The notes: a model not told the origin generated them from the letters alone. Counted from the first letter of the stretch, positions 49,875 to 60,219 are shown. The stretch: DNA of 64,000 nt from Bacillota bacterium (GCA_009711785.1 VENA01000016.1:217647-281646); one strand, 5' to 3'. Program-made: numbers and translations.

Positions 49875-52130
49875 CTATACACTATATACATCAGAAAACT
49901 CAATATTTGTAATGTGTTCTATTTCTTCTGTAGTCTTATTTGGTAAATTATTAATATCTTTTAACTTCTTATCAGGAAGGTATATTATAAATTCAGTTCC
50001 TAGACCTTCTTTACTCCTAACTTTAATTTTTCCGTCCATTTTTTCAACTAACAATTTAACTAAAGACAGCCCTAAACCAGTACCTTCACTTCTTCTTGAT
50101 AGTGTACTATCAACTATACTAAACTTATCAAATATCTTATTAATATCTTTCTTTTTTATACCTATACCATCATCTTTTACAGATAACTTTACAAAGTTTT
50201 TTTCTGTTGATATTTTAACTAAAATATTTCCACCCTTTGGTGTAAATTTAGTAGCATTTGAGAGTAGATTAAGTAAAATTCTCTCATACTTTTCAACATC
50301 TATGGCGATTACTTTTTCTTCTATTAAGGTATCAAATATAATAGATATCCCTTTACTTTCTGTTAACTCTAAAACTGAGTTAGTTAACTCTTCTGAATAA
50401 TTAACAATATCTATATTCTCTAAGTTAATCTCTAAAAATCCTGCCTGACTTTTTTGTATATCTAAAAAGTTATTAATTAGTCTTAATAATCTATAAGAAT
50501 TTTGTCTAATCCTTACAATATGTTTTAAGATATTAGGTGAGAATTCATTTTTGTATTTATTTGTCATTAATAATTGTGTAGCTGCAATAATAACATTTGC
50601 AGGAGAACGCAATTCATGGGATATAATAGAAAAAAATTCATCCTTGACCTTAGTAAATTCCACCTCTTCTGTTATATCTACACTTGCTGATATTAATGAT
50701 TCAACTTTTCTTTCTGAATTAACTAATGGAGATAAATTTAATTTATAATATTTTTTCTCACCATTAGAAAAAATCAACTCTTTTTGGGTAGTGTAATTAA
50801 AATCAACTTTACCTATCGAGTTTATACTTTGTTTTAATCTATCATCACATAAAGGTAAAATGTTATGTAGATATTTTCCCTCAATATCTTCTTTTTTATA
50901 ATTATATCCTAATAAATTATTAATTAATTTATTTGCTTTTTTGTTTATGACCTTAATTTTAAAATCAGGGTATGATAATACCTTAACAGGGATATCAAAA
51001 GCATCAAATGTGTTAGATATTAATTTTTCACGTCCTTTTAATTGTTTCTTAGCTCTACAAAGAGTTGTAATATCTACTACTGTCTCAATCCATCCTAATA
51101 CAATTCCATTTCTTTTAAAGGGCTGTACATAAATATTATAATATCTATTTTTATTTTTCCCTGGTATACATATTTCGTTAAGAATACCACCATTTGAAGA
51201 TGTTATTCTTCTTTTCCAAAACTCTTTATTTTTTTTATAATCACACCAATTTATTAAATATTCATCTGCTTTTTTACCAAATACATTTTTATTTTTACAT
51301 ATACTTTCAATGATTTTTAAATACTTAGCGTTTGCATCAATAAGTCTTCTGTCAGGATGACTAAAATATGCTGCTCCTACAAAGGGTTGAATAAACACCC
51401 CTTTTAATAACTTCTGCTTATTAATATATGTATATATGAGATCATTAAATTTTTCATTTGCACTTTCAGTATTATTTTTAATTTCTATATCTTTAGTATC
51501 ATTATCTAATTTATTTCTTAAACACAACTCCCTTTCAACCCCATTTACTACCATTGAAAGTGACCTATAAAATGATACTATAAACTGATGGACAGGCATC
51601 GTTATATCTAATACTCCAATTATTTCTCCATCTTCATTATGTATTGGTGCTGACATTTGAGACATATTCTTATAATCTTTTATAAAATGTTCATATCCCT
51701 CGATTATTACAGATTTATTTAGATAATAAGCTTCTCCAGGTCCATTAGTGCCCATAAATTCATTAACCCAGCATATACCAGGCTTCATATCATAATTCTT
51801 TAGATCTTTCAAATATTCCCCATTTCCCCATTGTTTAATTAAATAACAATTTCTATCAAAAAAATTAATTGAAATATCAGTATCTGTAGTGGTATTACTA
51901 AGTAAAATATCAATATAAGAACTTATAATGCTAATAATTGTTTTATTATTTAATAATGCCTTTTTTAACTCCTCATTAGAATATTTAAGTATTTTATGCT
52001 TACCTTCTGTATCAATTTGTAAATTTTCAGACCTTTTCCAACTTTTTGCAACAAAAATATTTACATTATCAACCATTTTATCTTTTTCGATAAAACTTTG
52101 CCAATATTTCAATAAAGCCTTCATACCCAT
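49875..52130 (-). CDS. Cytoplasmic sensor histidine kinase with AcoR-like N-terminal/GAF and PAS regions; no adjacent response regulator
   Basis: 751 aa. H-box SHELRSPANVI, N-box LLSNATKFT and G-box GTGLGLSLVK. The N-terminus carries an SWKRSE motif like AcoR-type sensor domains. No TM helix is seen. Confidence 0.8.
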   Translation of the reverse strand: MGMKALLKYWQSFIEKDKMVDNVNIFVAKSWKRSENLQIDTEGKHKILKYSNEELKKALLNNKTIISIISSYIDILLSNTTTDTDISINFFDRNCYLIKQWGNGEYLKDLKNYDMKPGICWVNEFMGTNGPGEAYYLNKSVIIEGYEHFIKDYKNMSQMSAPIHNEDGEIIGVLDITMPVHQFIVSFYRSLSMVVNGVERELCLRNKLDNDTKDIEIKNNTESANEKFNDLIYTYINKQKLLKGVFIQPFVGAAYFSHPDRRLIDANAKYLKIIESICKNKNVFGKKADEYLINWCDYKKNKEFWKRRITSSNGGILNEICIPGKNKNRYYNIYVQPFKRNGIVLGWIETVVDITTLCRAKKQLKGREKLISNTFDAFDIPVKVLSYPDFKIKVINKKANKLINNLLGYNYKKEDIEGKYLHNILPLCDDRLKQSINSIGKVDFNYTTQKELIFSNGEKKYYKLNLSPLVNSERKVESLISASVDITEEVEFTKVKDEFFSIISHELRSPANVIIAATQLLMTNKYKNEFSPNILKHIVRIRQNSYRLLRLINNFLDIQKSQAGFLEINLENIDIVNYSEELTNSVLELTESKGISIIFDTLIEEKVIAIDVEKYERILLNLLSNATKFTPKGGNILVKISTEKNFVKLSVKDDGIGIKKKDINKIFDKFSIVDSTLSRRSEGTGLGLSLVKLLVEKMDGKIKVRSKEGLGTEFIIYLPDKKLKDINNLPNKTTEEIEHITNIEFSDVYSV

Positions 52131-52570
52131 CCCCCTAATTACTATATACTTAATAATTTTATATTTATTTACTAATTCCTCCTTTTTATTACAAAAAACT
52201 AAAAAAATGTAGAAAATATTTTAATAGAAAAGCATTAGTTTTGTCCCTACTAATCAAGCTATTTTCTTCTATTATTTACGAAGATGTTTTATAAGTCTTG
52301 AAGATGCACTTTTATATTTGTTAATCAGGATGTGTCTAAAAAATATGAATATGGCATAGTCGTGATTATATCCTCAGACATTTAACCTAAATAAAAATAG
52401 CATAAGTCTCCAACCTATATAAGATAAGAAACTTATGCACTAAGGGTTAACATTTAACAATATATATAATTTCAAATAATTTAAAAAAATATTTAATAGA
52501 ATAAAGATAATACTCTTCTTGTTTTTCAGTATAATACAGATATTAATATATTCATCATAAATAGGTTATC

Positions 52571-53179
52571 TTATATTGGTAAAAACATAGAAGTCCTTTT
52601 TTTATATTCTTTATAATCTTCTCCAAATTCTTTTAACATATCTTCTTCCTCTTTTTTTGCAAGTCGGTAATAAAGAATTATTAATGTAGGCCACATTAAT
52701 AATAAAGTTAAAGTTGCCCATTCTAAAATCATCCCAAGAGTTACTAGAAAAAAACCAGTATATTGGGGATGTCTTATATATGCATATATACCACTAGTTA
52801 CTAACTTTCCTTTTCCTTTTTCCTTACTCCAATAATTATCATAGATGTTTTTCCATCCTATAACTACTAAAGAGATTCCAATTATAGTTATTAATATCCC
52901 AATGTACATTCCTAAATGTCCAATATATTGATTTAAAGTATGTCCCCATAATATACCATCTGGTAAGGTGAAACCAAAAAACCACGCTATAATATACATA
53001 CTAAAGGGTATTCCAAACATTTCTAATACATAGGCTAAAACAAAAGCGATATAAACACTTGTAGGTTTCCTTTGACTCTTTTTATAAAAGGGAACAAAAA
53101 AAATCATAATACTATAAAGAATAAAAAATACTAAAACACCTCCCCAATTTCCAAAATGATTTAACACAGAATCACCCAT
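52571..53179 (-). CDS. Isoprenylcysteine carboxyl methyltransferase (ICMT)/phospholipid methyltransferase family membrane protein
   Basis: 202 aa and multi-TM. GIYAYIRHPQYTGFFL motif and C-terminal EEEDMLKEFGEDYKEYKK. Confidence 0.7.
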   Translation of the reverse strand: MGDSVLNHFGNWGGVLVFFILYSIMIFFVPFYKKSQRKPTSVYIAFVLAYVLEMFGIPFSMYIIAWFFGFTLPDGILWGHTLNQYIGHLGMYIGILITIIGISLVVIGWKNIYDNYWSKEKGKGKLVTSGIYAYIRHPQYTGFFLVTLGMILEWATLTLLLMWPTLIILYYRLAKKEEEDMLKEFGEDYKEYKKRTSMFLPI

Positions 53180-53195
53180 ATCAATTCTCCTCCCA

Positions 53196-53408
53196 TTACT
53201 TATAATTTATTTTTTTAACTAATAAAATTTCTAAACCTAGGTCTCTAATTTTACTTAATATCCCTTGTAGTTCTGATTGGTCTTTTATATGTCCATAAAT
53301 TTGAGTTTTTCCCTTTGGTAACAGTTTCATATCTAAACTGTCAAACCAATTTTTATTAATATCAATATGTCCTGAAACTATTATTTTGTAATTGTTTTTA
53401 TCATCCAT
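53196..53408 (-). CDS. Small hypothetical protein (70 aa from ATG 53408)
   Basis: An AAGGGGG SD sequence lies 8 nt upstream of ATG 53408 (track uses TTG 53414). It has a ...G.I.DQSELQGILSKIRDLGLEILLV... pattern that I have seen in small conserved proteins of unknown function. Confidence 0.45.
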   Translation of the reverse strand: MDDKNNYKIIVSGHIDINKNWFDSLDMKLLPKGKTQIYGHIKDQSELQGILSKIRDLGLEILLVKKINYK

Positions 53409-53487
53409 AGACAAAACCCCCTTTGTTTATTTTTATTATACACAACTAAAGGTTAGGTTGAGACCTAACTAAAGTTAGGTATATAAA

Positions 53488-53508
53488 AAAGACCCTTTTA
53501 GGGTCTTT
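53488..53508 (-). terminator. Intrinsic terminator overlapping the LuxR-type gene stop codon
   Basis: Minus-strand AAAGACCC-UAAAA-GGGUCUUU followed by a U-run. Confidence 0.6.
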
Positions 53509-56122
53509 AAAGAATATTTAATTCCTTAGCTTTCTTTACTGCTTGCATCCTTCTATTTACTCTTAATTTGCTATAGATATTATTTGTATGCCACTTCACA
53601 GTACCTTCTGTAATATAAAGTTTTTTAGCTATACCTTTATTACTATATCCATCGCTTATAAGGTTAATAATATCAAGTTCCCTACCACTTAAAGCTTCAT
53701 AAAGGTTTTTATCTAATCCTTTATTAGAAATATCTTTTGATTTTTTCATTTCTTTTTTAAACTGTACATCAATTTCCTCATTTTCTTTTATTTCTAAACC
53801 TTCATCTATAAATACTCTAAAGTATTTTTCTTCTATAGAAAGTTTAACTGCCTTCTTATAATTATTTTCAGCTTCATTCATATTGTTAATAGCCTTATAT
53901 GATTGTGCTTTTAGTATTAGTATTTCTATTAATTTTAAATTTTGACCATTTTTAAGCATGTATGCTTCTAACTGAGATAATATATTAAGCGCTTTATGAA
54001 ATTCTTTCTTATAAATTAAAAATCTTACTATAGCAAAATGTTCTTTTTTTATCGAAGTAAGCTTTTCCTCTTTCCATAGATCTCTTATTCCCTCAATAAA
54101 AGGGAGGGTATCATTAATTTTTCCATCTTTTAATTTAAGTTCTATAAAAAGAGTTTTCATATTTTTAGCTACATCTTTTCTATTAATCTTTAAAGCTAAA
54201 TTATAAGTATCTTCTATTAGTTTAAAGGCTTTGTTTTTTTCATTTAATGCAAAGTATAATTTAGCTAAATAATACTCAACTTTACCTATAAAATGGACAG
54301 TATCTATTTTTCTAGCAATATTATATCCTTTAGTCAAATGTTTTTCAGCATTATTCAAATCATTCTTATAATAACTAGCTATACCTAAGGGTATATATAA
54401 AACATCTACAATGAAAAACTCATATCCAAGCCTATTTTTATAATCTTTAATAGCATTTTTACAAAGGGTTTCTGATTCTTTTCTTTTTCCTTGTTCAATT
54501 AATATTAGACCTAAATTTACTAATGCTAAAATGGAAATATAATGTTGATTTAAACTTTGAGACTTAAATAATAGTTTTCTTAATGTTTTACTAGGAATTC
54601 TTATATCATTTTGTAAAAATTCTGCTTGTGTAAGGGAAAATAATGCTAATAGATGAAAAAAAGAATCCCCTTTATCTATCATTCTTATTGCACTTTTAGA
54701 CAATTCAATAGCTTTTTTATCCCTTTTAATTATGGCTATCAAACTTTTTAATATAAGAAATCTACCTATTATATTAGGTTTATTTTCATCTAAGTTATAA
54801 TTATCATTTACTAATGTTATATATGAAAATACTTTATTAATTTCTCCAAGCAAAAAATGACATAGTGCTTTATATATTATTAACTCTAAATTATTTTTTA
54901 TATTTTTAATTGGTAATTTATTTATCCAATTTATCAAAGCTTTATTTTCGCTTCCTTCTATTAATTTCTTACAAATCTTAAGTATTAATTTTTCTGCCCT
55001 TTTAAAATCTTCTGCTTTAATAGAATGCTTTATAGATAGCTCTAAATATCCGTTATCTTCATACCATAAAGAGGCCTTTTTATGTAATCTAAATAATTTA
55101 TCTTTATCTAATTCAGCCTTTAAAATATCTGAAAATAAATGATGATATCTAAACCAGTTACACTTTTCATCTAAACTTATTAAAAATAAATTTTCTCTTT
55201 CTAATTTAGAAATTATATCCTTACTATCAGACCTATCTGTTAAAGCATTACAAAGTGATTCATTAAATCCTTCTAATATAGAAGTTTCATGTAAAAATCT
55301 CTGTATATATTCATCCTGCTGACTTAATACTTCTTCAAGTAAATAATCAATTATATACCTTTGGCTTCCACTAAAATTATTAATAAAATTTTCTATATTT
55401 TCATTATCATACTTTTTAATTAATAAACCTGCTAGTTGTAATCCTGCAATCCAACCTTCTGTCTTTTTTAGTAAAGCCTTTAAATGTTTTTCTTCTAACT
55501 TAATTTTTATTGTATTTTCATAAAATCTTTTAGTTTCTAAATGGGAAAATTTAAGTTCTCTCATTCTAATTTCATTTATTTCATTATTAACACGTAACCT
55601 GCCAAAGGAAAACTTAGGATCTTCCCTTGTAGTGATAACTATATGTCCTTTCTCTATATTAGCTTTTATAATTTTTTCAACTAAATTATGAATATCCTTG
55701 TTATAAACAACATGGAAATCATCTAATATAAAAATAAAAGGTGCCTTTATTTTATATAATTCATTAATTAAAGTAGTTATTAAAACATCATTATTATAAA
55801 CCTTAGGTGTATCTAATAAAGTTTTTATCCCATCCCCGATATCTGGGTCTATTTTCTTTAGAGCATGGTAAAAATAAGTTATAAACCTAATAATATCATT
55901 ATCTCTCTCATCAATTGAAAACCAAGTATTACTAATATTACTTTCATCAAGCCACTCTAATACAATAGAAGATTTACCATACCCTGCCGGTGCACAAACA
56001 AGAGTAACCTTTTTATTATTTTTAATTCCTTCTTGTAAATGCCTTATTATTTTAGGTCTTTTAATTAAATTATATCTAGTTTTAGGTTTATGAAGTTTAG
56101 TTTTTAAAATTGGTATACTCAT
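53507..56122 (-). CDS. MalT-like LuxR-family regulator (N-terminal P-loop NTPase, TPR-like middle, C-terminal LuxR HTH)
   Basis: 871 aa. Walker A CAPAGYGKSS, Walker B FIFILDDFH and a C-terminal LSGRELDIINLISDGYSNKGIAKKLYITEGTVKWHTNNIYSKL motif. Confidence 0.8.
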   Translation of the reverse strand: MSIPILKTKLHKPKTRYNLIKRPKIIRHLQEGIKNNKKVTLVCAPAGYGKSSIVLEWLDESNISNTWFSIDERDNDIIRFITYFYHALKKIDPDIGDGIKTLLDTPKVYNNDVLITTLINELYKIKAPFIFILDDFHVVYNKDIHNLVEKIIKANIEKGHIVITTREDPKFSFGRLRVNNEINEIRMRELKFSHLETKRFYENTIKIKLEEKHLKALLKKTEGWIAGLQLAGLLIKKYDNENIENFINNFSGSQRYIIDYLLEEVLSQQDEYIQRFLHETSILEGFNESLCNALTDRSDSKDIISKLERENLFLISLDEKCNWFRYHHLFSDILKAELDKDKLFRLHKKASLWYEDNGYLELSIKHSIKAEDFKRAEKLILKICKKLIEGSENKALINWINKLPIKNIKNNLELIIYKALCHFLLGEINKVFSYITLVNDNYNLDENKPNIIGRFLILKSLIAIIKRDKKAIELSKSAIRMIDKGDSFFHLLALFSLTQAEFLQNDIRIPSKTLRKLLFKSQSLNQHYISILALVNLGLILIEQGKRKESETLCKNAIKDYKNRLGYEFFIVDVLYIPLGIASYYKNDLNNAEKHLTKGYNIARKIDTVHFIGKVEYYLAKLYFALNEKNKAFKLIEDTYNLALKINRKDVAKNMKTLFIELKLKDGKINDTLPFIEGIRDLWKEEKLTSIKKEHFAIVRFLIYKKEFHKALNILSQLEAYMLKNGQNLKLIEILILKAQSYKAINNMNEAENNYKKAVKLSIEEKYFRVFIDEGLEIKENEEIDVQFKKEMKKSKDISNKGLDKNLYEALSGRELDIINLISDGYSNKGIAKKLYITEGTVKWHTNNIYSKLRVNRRMQAVKKAKELNIL

Positions 56123-56297
56123 GTTATCCTCCTAGTTTCCTTATAAATAGATCTATTATTTTTAATACTTCTTCATAAAACCTTAATTTCCTTTAAATAA
56201 GAACAATAACCGAAATAAAATAGAATAAAAAAAGAGTAAAATAGAATAAATTCCATTTCACTCTTTTTAAAAATAACTCTATATTTTTAATTAAAAA

Positions 56298-58577
56298 TTA
56301 TCCACACTTAGAATATCCACAACTTCTACATATCATGCATCCGCCTTCATGTTCAACCTTATTTCCACACTCAGGACATATACTTTCTTCATCTAAACTT
56401 GCTGATATTTCGTTATCTATAAAATCATTCGATGGTGCTTCTTCTTCTATTTCCATTATTAGATCATTTACTGCTTCCTCTTCAACATCAACATATGTGT
56501 TCATGACTTTTTCTAATGCTTTACCTATAGCATCCGGACAAGACAATACTTTTATATCTTTATTATTTCCCCTTTGACGTAGTGTTGAATGGCACCTAAT
56601 ACCTTTAAGTTGTTCTATTACAGCTTTAACATCCATACCTGATCTTAAAGCTATTGATATTAGTCTACTAGTAGCTTCACTTTGGCTTGGACAGCCTCCT
56701 GCTCTACCTAAATTAGTAAACACTTCACAAATCCCATTTTCATCATAATTTACTGTTATATATAAATTTCCACAACCTATTCTAACCTTTTCTGTAATTC
56801 CCTTTGTTATCTCAGGTCTCATTCTTGGCTTTACTTTAGCTTTCTCTTCATTCATTTTAGGCTTTTCTGTCTTTAAGCTACTTAATACTTGGTTATCTCT
56901 ACTACCATCTCTATATATAGTTACACCTTTACATCCTAATTTATAAGCTAAGGTATATACTTCTTCAACCTCATTTTTAGTTGCTTCATTTTTAAAGTTT
57001 ACAGTTTTACTTACAGCATTATTAACATGCTTTTGGAAGGATGCTTGCATCTTTATATGCCATATAGGCGAAATATCATGGGCAGTTACATATACATTTT
57101 TAACATCCTTTGGAATTTCACTAATATGTTTTAAGGAACCTTCCTTAGCTATCCTTTCCATTAACTCTTTAGAATAAAATCCTCTTTCTTTAGCTGTCTT
57201 TTCAAATAACTTATGGACTTCTACTAACTTATCATCATCCATTACATTTCTTATATAGGATATGGCAAATAACGGTTCAATACCACTACTAACCCCAGAA
57301 ATTATACTAATTGTTCCAGTAGGTGCGATTGTAGTTCTAGTGGCATTTCTTATTTTTATATTTTGTTTTTTATATATACTTTTATCATATGCGGGGAATA
57401 CTCCTCTTTCTTTAGCCATTTCAATAGATTTTTCCATAGCTCTATCATCAATAAATTTCATTAACTTATCTGCAAATTCCACAGCTTCTTCTGAGTTATA
57501 TTGAAGTCCTAAATATATTAATAAATCTGCAAATCCCATAATACCTAATCCTATTTTTCTTGTACTTTTGGTCATTTCTTCTATTTCTTTTAAAGGATAT
57601 TTATTTACATCTATAACATTATCTAAAAAGTGAACCGCTTTATCTACAGTTTTAGCAAGTTTAGTATAATCTAACTTATAACCATCCTCTGTTTTCTTTA
57701 CCATTTTAACAAGGTTTATACTTCCTAAATTACAAGATTCATAAGGAAGTAAAGGTTGCTCTCCACAAGGGTTAGTACTCTCTATCTCTCCTAATCCAGG
57801 TGTAGTATTGCTTTTATTTAATCTATCTAAAAATATTATCCCAGGCTCTCCATTTTTCCAAGCCATATCTACAATATGTTTAAACACTTCTTTTGCATTT
57901 AAACTATTTACTTTCTTTTTAGTATTAGGATCTACTAAATCAAAAGTACTATTAGCTTCTACAGCTTCCATAAATTTTTCTGTAATACCTATACTAATAT
58001 TAAAGTTTGTTATCTCATTATTATCTTTTTTACTTTCAATAAAATCTAATATATCAGGGTGATCAATCCTAAGGATACCCATATTAGCTCCTCTTCTTGT
58101 ACCCCCTTGTTTAACAGCTTCAGTCGCTGAATTAAATACCTTCATAAAGCTTATAGGTCCAGAAGCTACTCCCCCAGTTGACATAACTGTAGCACCCTTT
58201 GATCTAAGTCTAGAAAAACTAAATCCTGTTCCTCCACCACTTTTATGTATCAAAGCTGCATTTTTTATAGCACTAAATATTCCCTCCATTGAATCTTCAA
58301 TTGGAAGTACAAAACAAGCTGAAAGTTGTCCTAATTCTTTACCTGCATTCATTAAAGTAGGTGAATTAGGTAAAAACTCAAGATTGTCTATCATTTCTTC
58401 AAATTCTTTTTCTGTTTTTTTAACTTTAGCATTATCGTTATATATTTTATCGGCTTTAGCAACATGTTTCGCTACTCTTTTTACCATTTCATCTGGAGTC
58501 TCAATAACATTACCCTCAGTATCCTTTGTTAAATACCTTCTTTTTAATACCTTTAAGGCATTTTCACTTAATTGCAT
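56298..58577 (-). CDS. nrdJ: Adenosylcobalamin-dependent (class II) ribonucleotide reductase
   Basis: 759 aa. Active-site TNPCGEQPL and a C-terminal Cys4 ribbon CPECG...CRSCG. The length and pattern are typical of monomeric-type NrdJ. Confidence 0.85.
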   Translation of the reverse strand: MQLSENALKVLKRRYLTKDTEGNVIETPDEMVKRVAKHVAKADKIYNDNAKVKKTEKEFEEMIDNLEFLPNSPTLMNAGKELGQLSACFVLPIEDSMEGIFSAIKNAALIHKSGGGTGFSFSRLRSKGATVMSTGGVASGPISFMKVFNSATEAVKQGGTRRGANMGILRIDHPDILDFIESKKDNNEITNFNISIGITEKFMEAVEANSTFDLVDPNTKKKVNSLNAKEVFKHIVDMAWKNGEPGIIFLDRLNKSNTTPGLGEIESTNPCGEQPLLPYESCNLGSINLVKMVKKTEDGYKLDYTKLAKTVDKAVHFLDNVIDVNKYPLKEIEEMTKSTRKIGLGIMGFADLLIYLGLQYNSEEAVEFADKLMKFIDDRAMEKSIEMAKERGVFPAYDKSIYKKQNIKIRNATRTTIAPTGTISIISGVSSGIEPLFAISYIRNVMDDDKLVEVHKLFEKTAKERGFYSKELMERIAKEGSLKHISEIPKDVKNVYVTAHDISPIWHIKMQASFQKHVNNAVSKTVNFKNEATKNEVEEVYTLAYKLGCKGVTIYRDGSRDNQVLSSLKTEKPKMNEEKAKVKPRMRPEITKGITEKVRIGCGNLYITVNYDENGICEVFTNLGRAGGCPSQSEATSRLISIALRSGMDVKAVIEQLKGIRCHSTLRQRGNNKDIKVLSCPDAIGKALEKVMNTYVDVEEEAVNDLIMEIEEEAPSNDFIDNEISASLDEESICPECGNKVEHEGGCMICRSCGYSKCG

Positions 58578-58596
58578 TTACATTCTCCTTTCTTAA

Positions 58597-58643
58597 GCAC
58601 TATATTTTGTGGTTCTTGTTTTTATCAGCTCAAAATATTGTAT
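58597..58643. promoter_or_regulatory. Two NrdR boxes upstream of nrdJ
   Basis: GCACTATATTTTGTGG (58597-58612) and GCTCAAAATATTGTAT (58628-58643) resemble the acaCwAtATaTwgTgt consensus. The centre-to-centre distance is 31 bp, and box 2 overlaps the -10. Confidence 0.55.
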
Positions 58644-58665
58644 CACTTCGTATGTGTTATGTCAA
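58637..58665 (-). promoter_or_regulatory. Near-consensus sigma-A promoter of nrdJ
   Basis: On the minus strand, TTGACA (58665-58660), a 17-nt spacer, then TACAAT (58642-58637). Confidence 0.6.
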
Positions 58666-58887
58666 AATTTATAATTATGATTTTCCTTAATTTCACAAAT
58701 ATAACTACTTTAAACTCAATATAATAAATATTTTTTATAACCTTTAAATGAACACTAGATATATAAATATATCATAAATTTATAATTAATAATAGTATTT
58801 TGAGTTTAGAAAAATATTGTTTATATAAGTATTATATCCATTTTATACAATAAATTATTAAATGTTAAAGAGTAGTAAGCAAATAGC

Positions 58888-60201
58888 TTAACTACCCTTT
58901 TTAAATATATATTCAAATAAGTTTATTTTTTCTTTATTCATTCCTTTTTTTAATACTAATTCTACTATAATACTACTTAATTTAATTGCATCATGTCTAA
59001 TATAATTATTTTTAATATCTATTAACCTATCTTTCACTACTTTTATATCCATTTTTTTCAGCTTTTCCTCTTCATCCTTTGATAAATATACAGGATCTGC
59101 TCCATCTTCGTTATATTTATCTAAAACTTCTTTAGGTATTAGCTCATCATTTGCTATTACATAATCTATAATATCTTTTTTACTATGATCTAACACAGCC
59201 TCTACATGTTCTAAAACATTATAATTATCAGTCTCCCCTGGCTGTGTCATAACATTTGGTACATATATTTTTAATGCATCGGATTCATTTATATATTTCA
59301 CTATATCCTTTATTAATATATTAGGTATTACACTAGTATATAAACTTCCTGGACCTAACATAATCGCATCGGCATCTTTTATAGAATCTATAGCCTCTTT
59401 AAGAGGGTAACTTTTATCAGGTTTTATAAAAATTTTTTCAATGCGACTATTAATTTCTTTATTAACTTCAGGTATGTTTGACTCACCCTTAATCACTTGA
59501 CCGTTTTCTAATTTTGCAAATAATGTTACATCCTCTAATGTCATTGGTAATACTTTTCCTTTAACTGCTAATACATTCCCCATTTCCTTTATAGCTTTTT
59601 CAAAGTTTCCATATATACCATTCATAGCTGCTATAAATAAATTTCCAAAGCTTTGTCCTTTAAGTTTGCCTTCTTCAAATCTATACTGTAATAACTTTTC
59701 CATATTAGGCTCTGTATCAGCTAAGGATATAATACAACTTCTTATATCTCCCGGTGGCAACATCCCTAGGTCTTCTCTTAATACACCAGAACCTCCTCCA
59801 TCATCTGCCACTGTAACTATAGCAGTTATATTAGAAGTATATTCCTTTAATCCCTTTAGTAAAATTGAAAGACCAGTTCCACCTCCTAAAACAACAATTT
59901 TAGGCCCCTTTTCAAGCATTTTCTTTTTCTGAATCATATTATTTACAGAACCTCTACTTAAATCTACTTTATACTTATATTTATTAACTATAGTTAATAG
60001 TGATACTATACCCTTTTTTAAAGCTACAAATATTAGTATTCCACCAATGGCTGTTATTAAAAAATATATTTTTTCATTAGTTACTAATCCCCTAAATTTA
60101 GTGATTAAAGGTGAAATTCCTAAAGAAAATATAAACATACCTATAATTCCTAGTACTATCCATCTTTTAACTCCTAAATTTTTATTATACCTTTTAACCA
60201 C
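58888..60201 (-). CDS. yvcK: YvcK-family (gluconeogenesis factor / UDP-sugar binding) protein with N-terminal 2-TM extension
   Basis: 437 aa. The core begins at KIVVLGGGTGLS and includes GPGSLYTSVIPN. The first ~95 aa contain two hydrophobic helices. Confidence 0.85.
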   Translation of the reverse strand: MVKRYNKNLGVKRWIVLGIIGMFIFSLGISPLITKFRGLVTNEKIYFLITAIGGILIFVALKKGIVSLLTIVNKYKYKVDLSRGSVNNMIQKKKMLEKGPKIVVLGGGTGLSILLKGLKEYTSNITAIVTVADDGGGSGVLREDLGMLPPGDIRSCIISLADTEPNMEKLLQYRFEEGKLKGQSFGNLFIAAMNGIYGNFEKAIKEMGNVLAVKGKVLPMTLEDVTLFAKLENGQVIKGESNIPEVNKEINSRIEKIFIKPDKSYPLKEAIDSIKDADAIMLGPGSLYTSVIPNILIKDIVKYINESDALKIYVPNVMTQPGETDNYNVLEHVEAVLDHSKKDIIDYVIANDELIPKEVLDKYNEDGADPVYLSKDEEEKLKKMDIKVVKDRLIDIKNNYIRHDAIKLSSIIVELVLKKGMNKEKINLFEYIFKKGS

Positions 60202-60219
60202 ATCAAACGCCCCTTAAGA

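Noticed and set aside
53507-56122. STAND NTPase as an Avs-like antiphage defence protein
   Set aside because: The C-terminus is a canonical LuxR/GerE HTH and the middle is TPR-like. This is the MalT-type transcription-activator architecture. There is no nuclease, protease or other effector domain.
58578-58887. Cobalamin riboswitch upstream of nrdJ
   Set aside because: The 5' UTR implied by the near-consensus promoter is only about 60 nt. It contains NrdR-like boxes, and there is no B12-box-like sequence or extended conserved structure.
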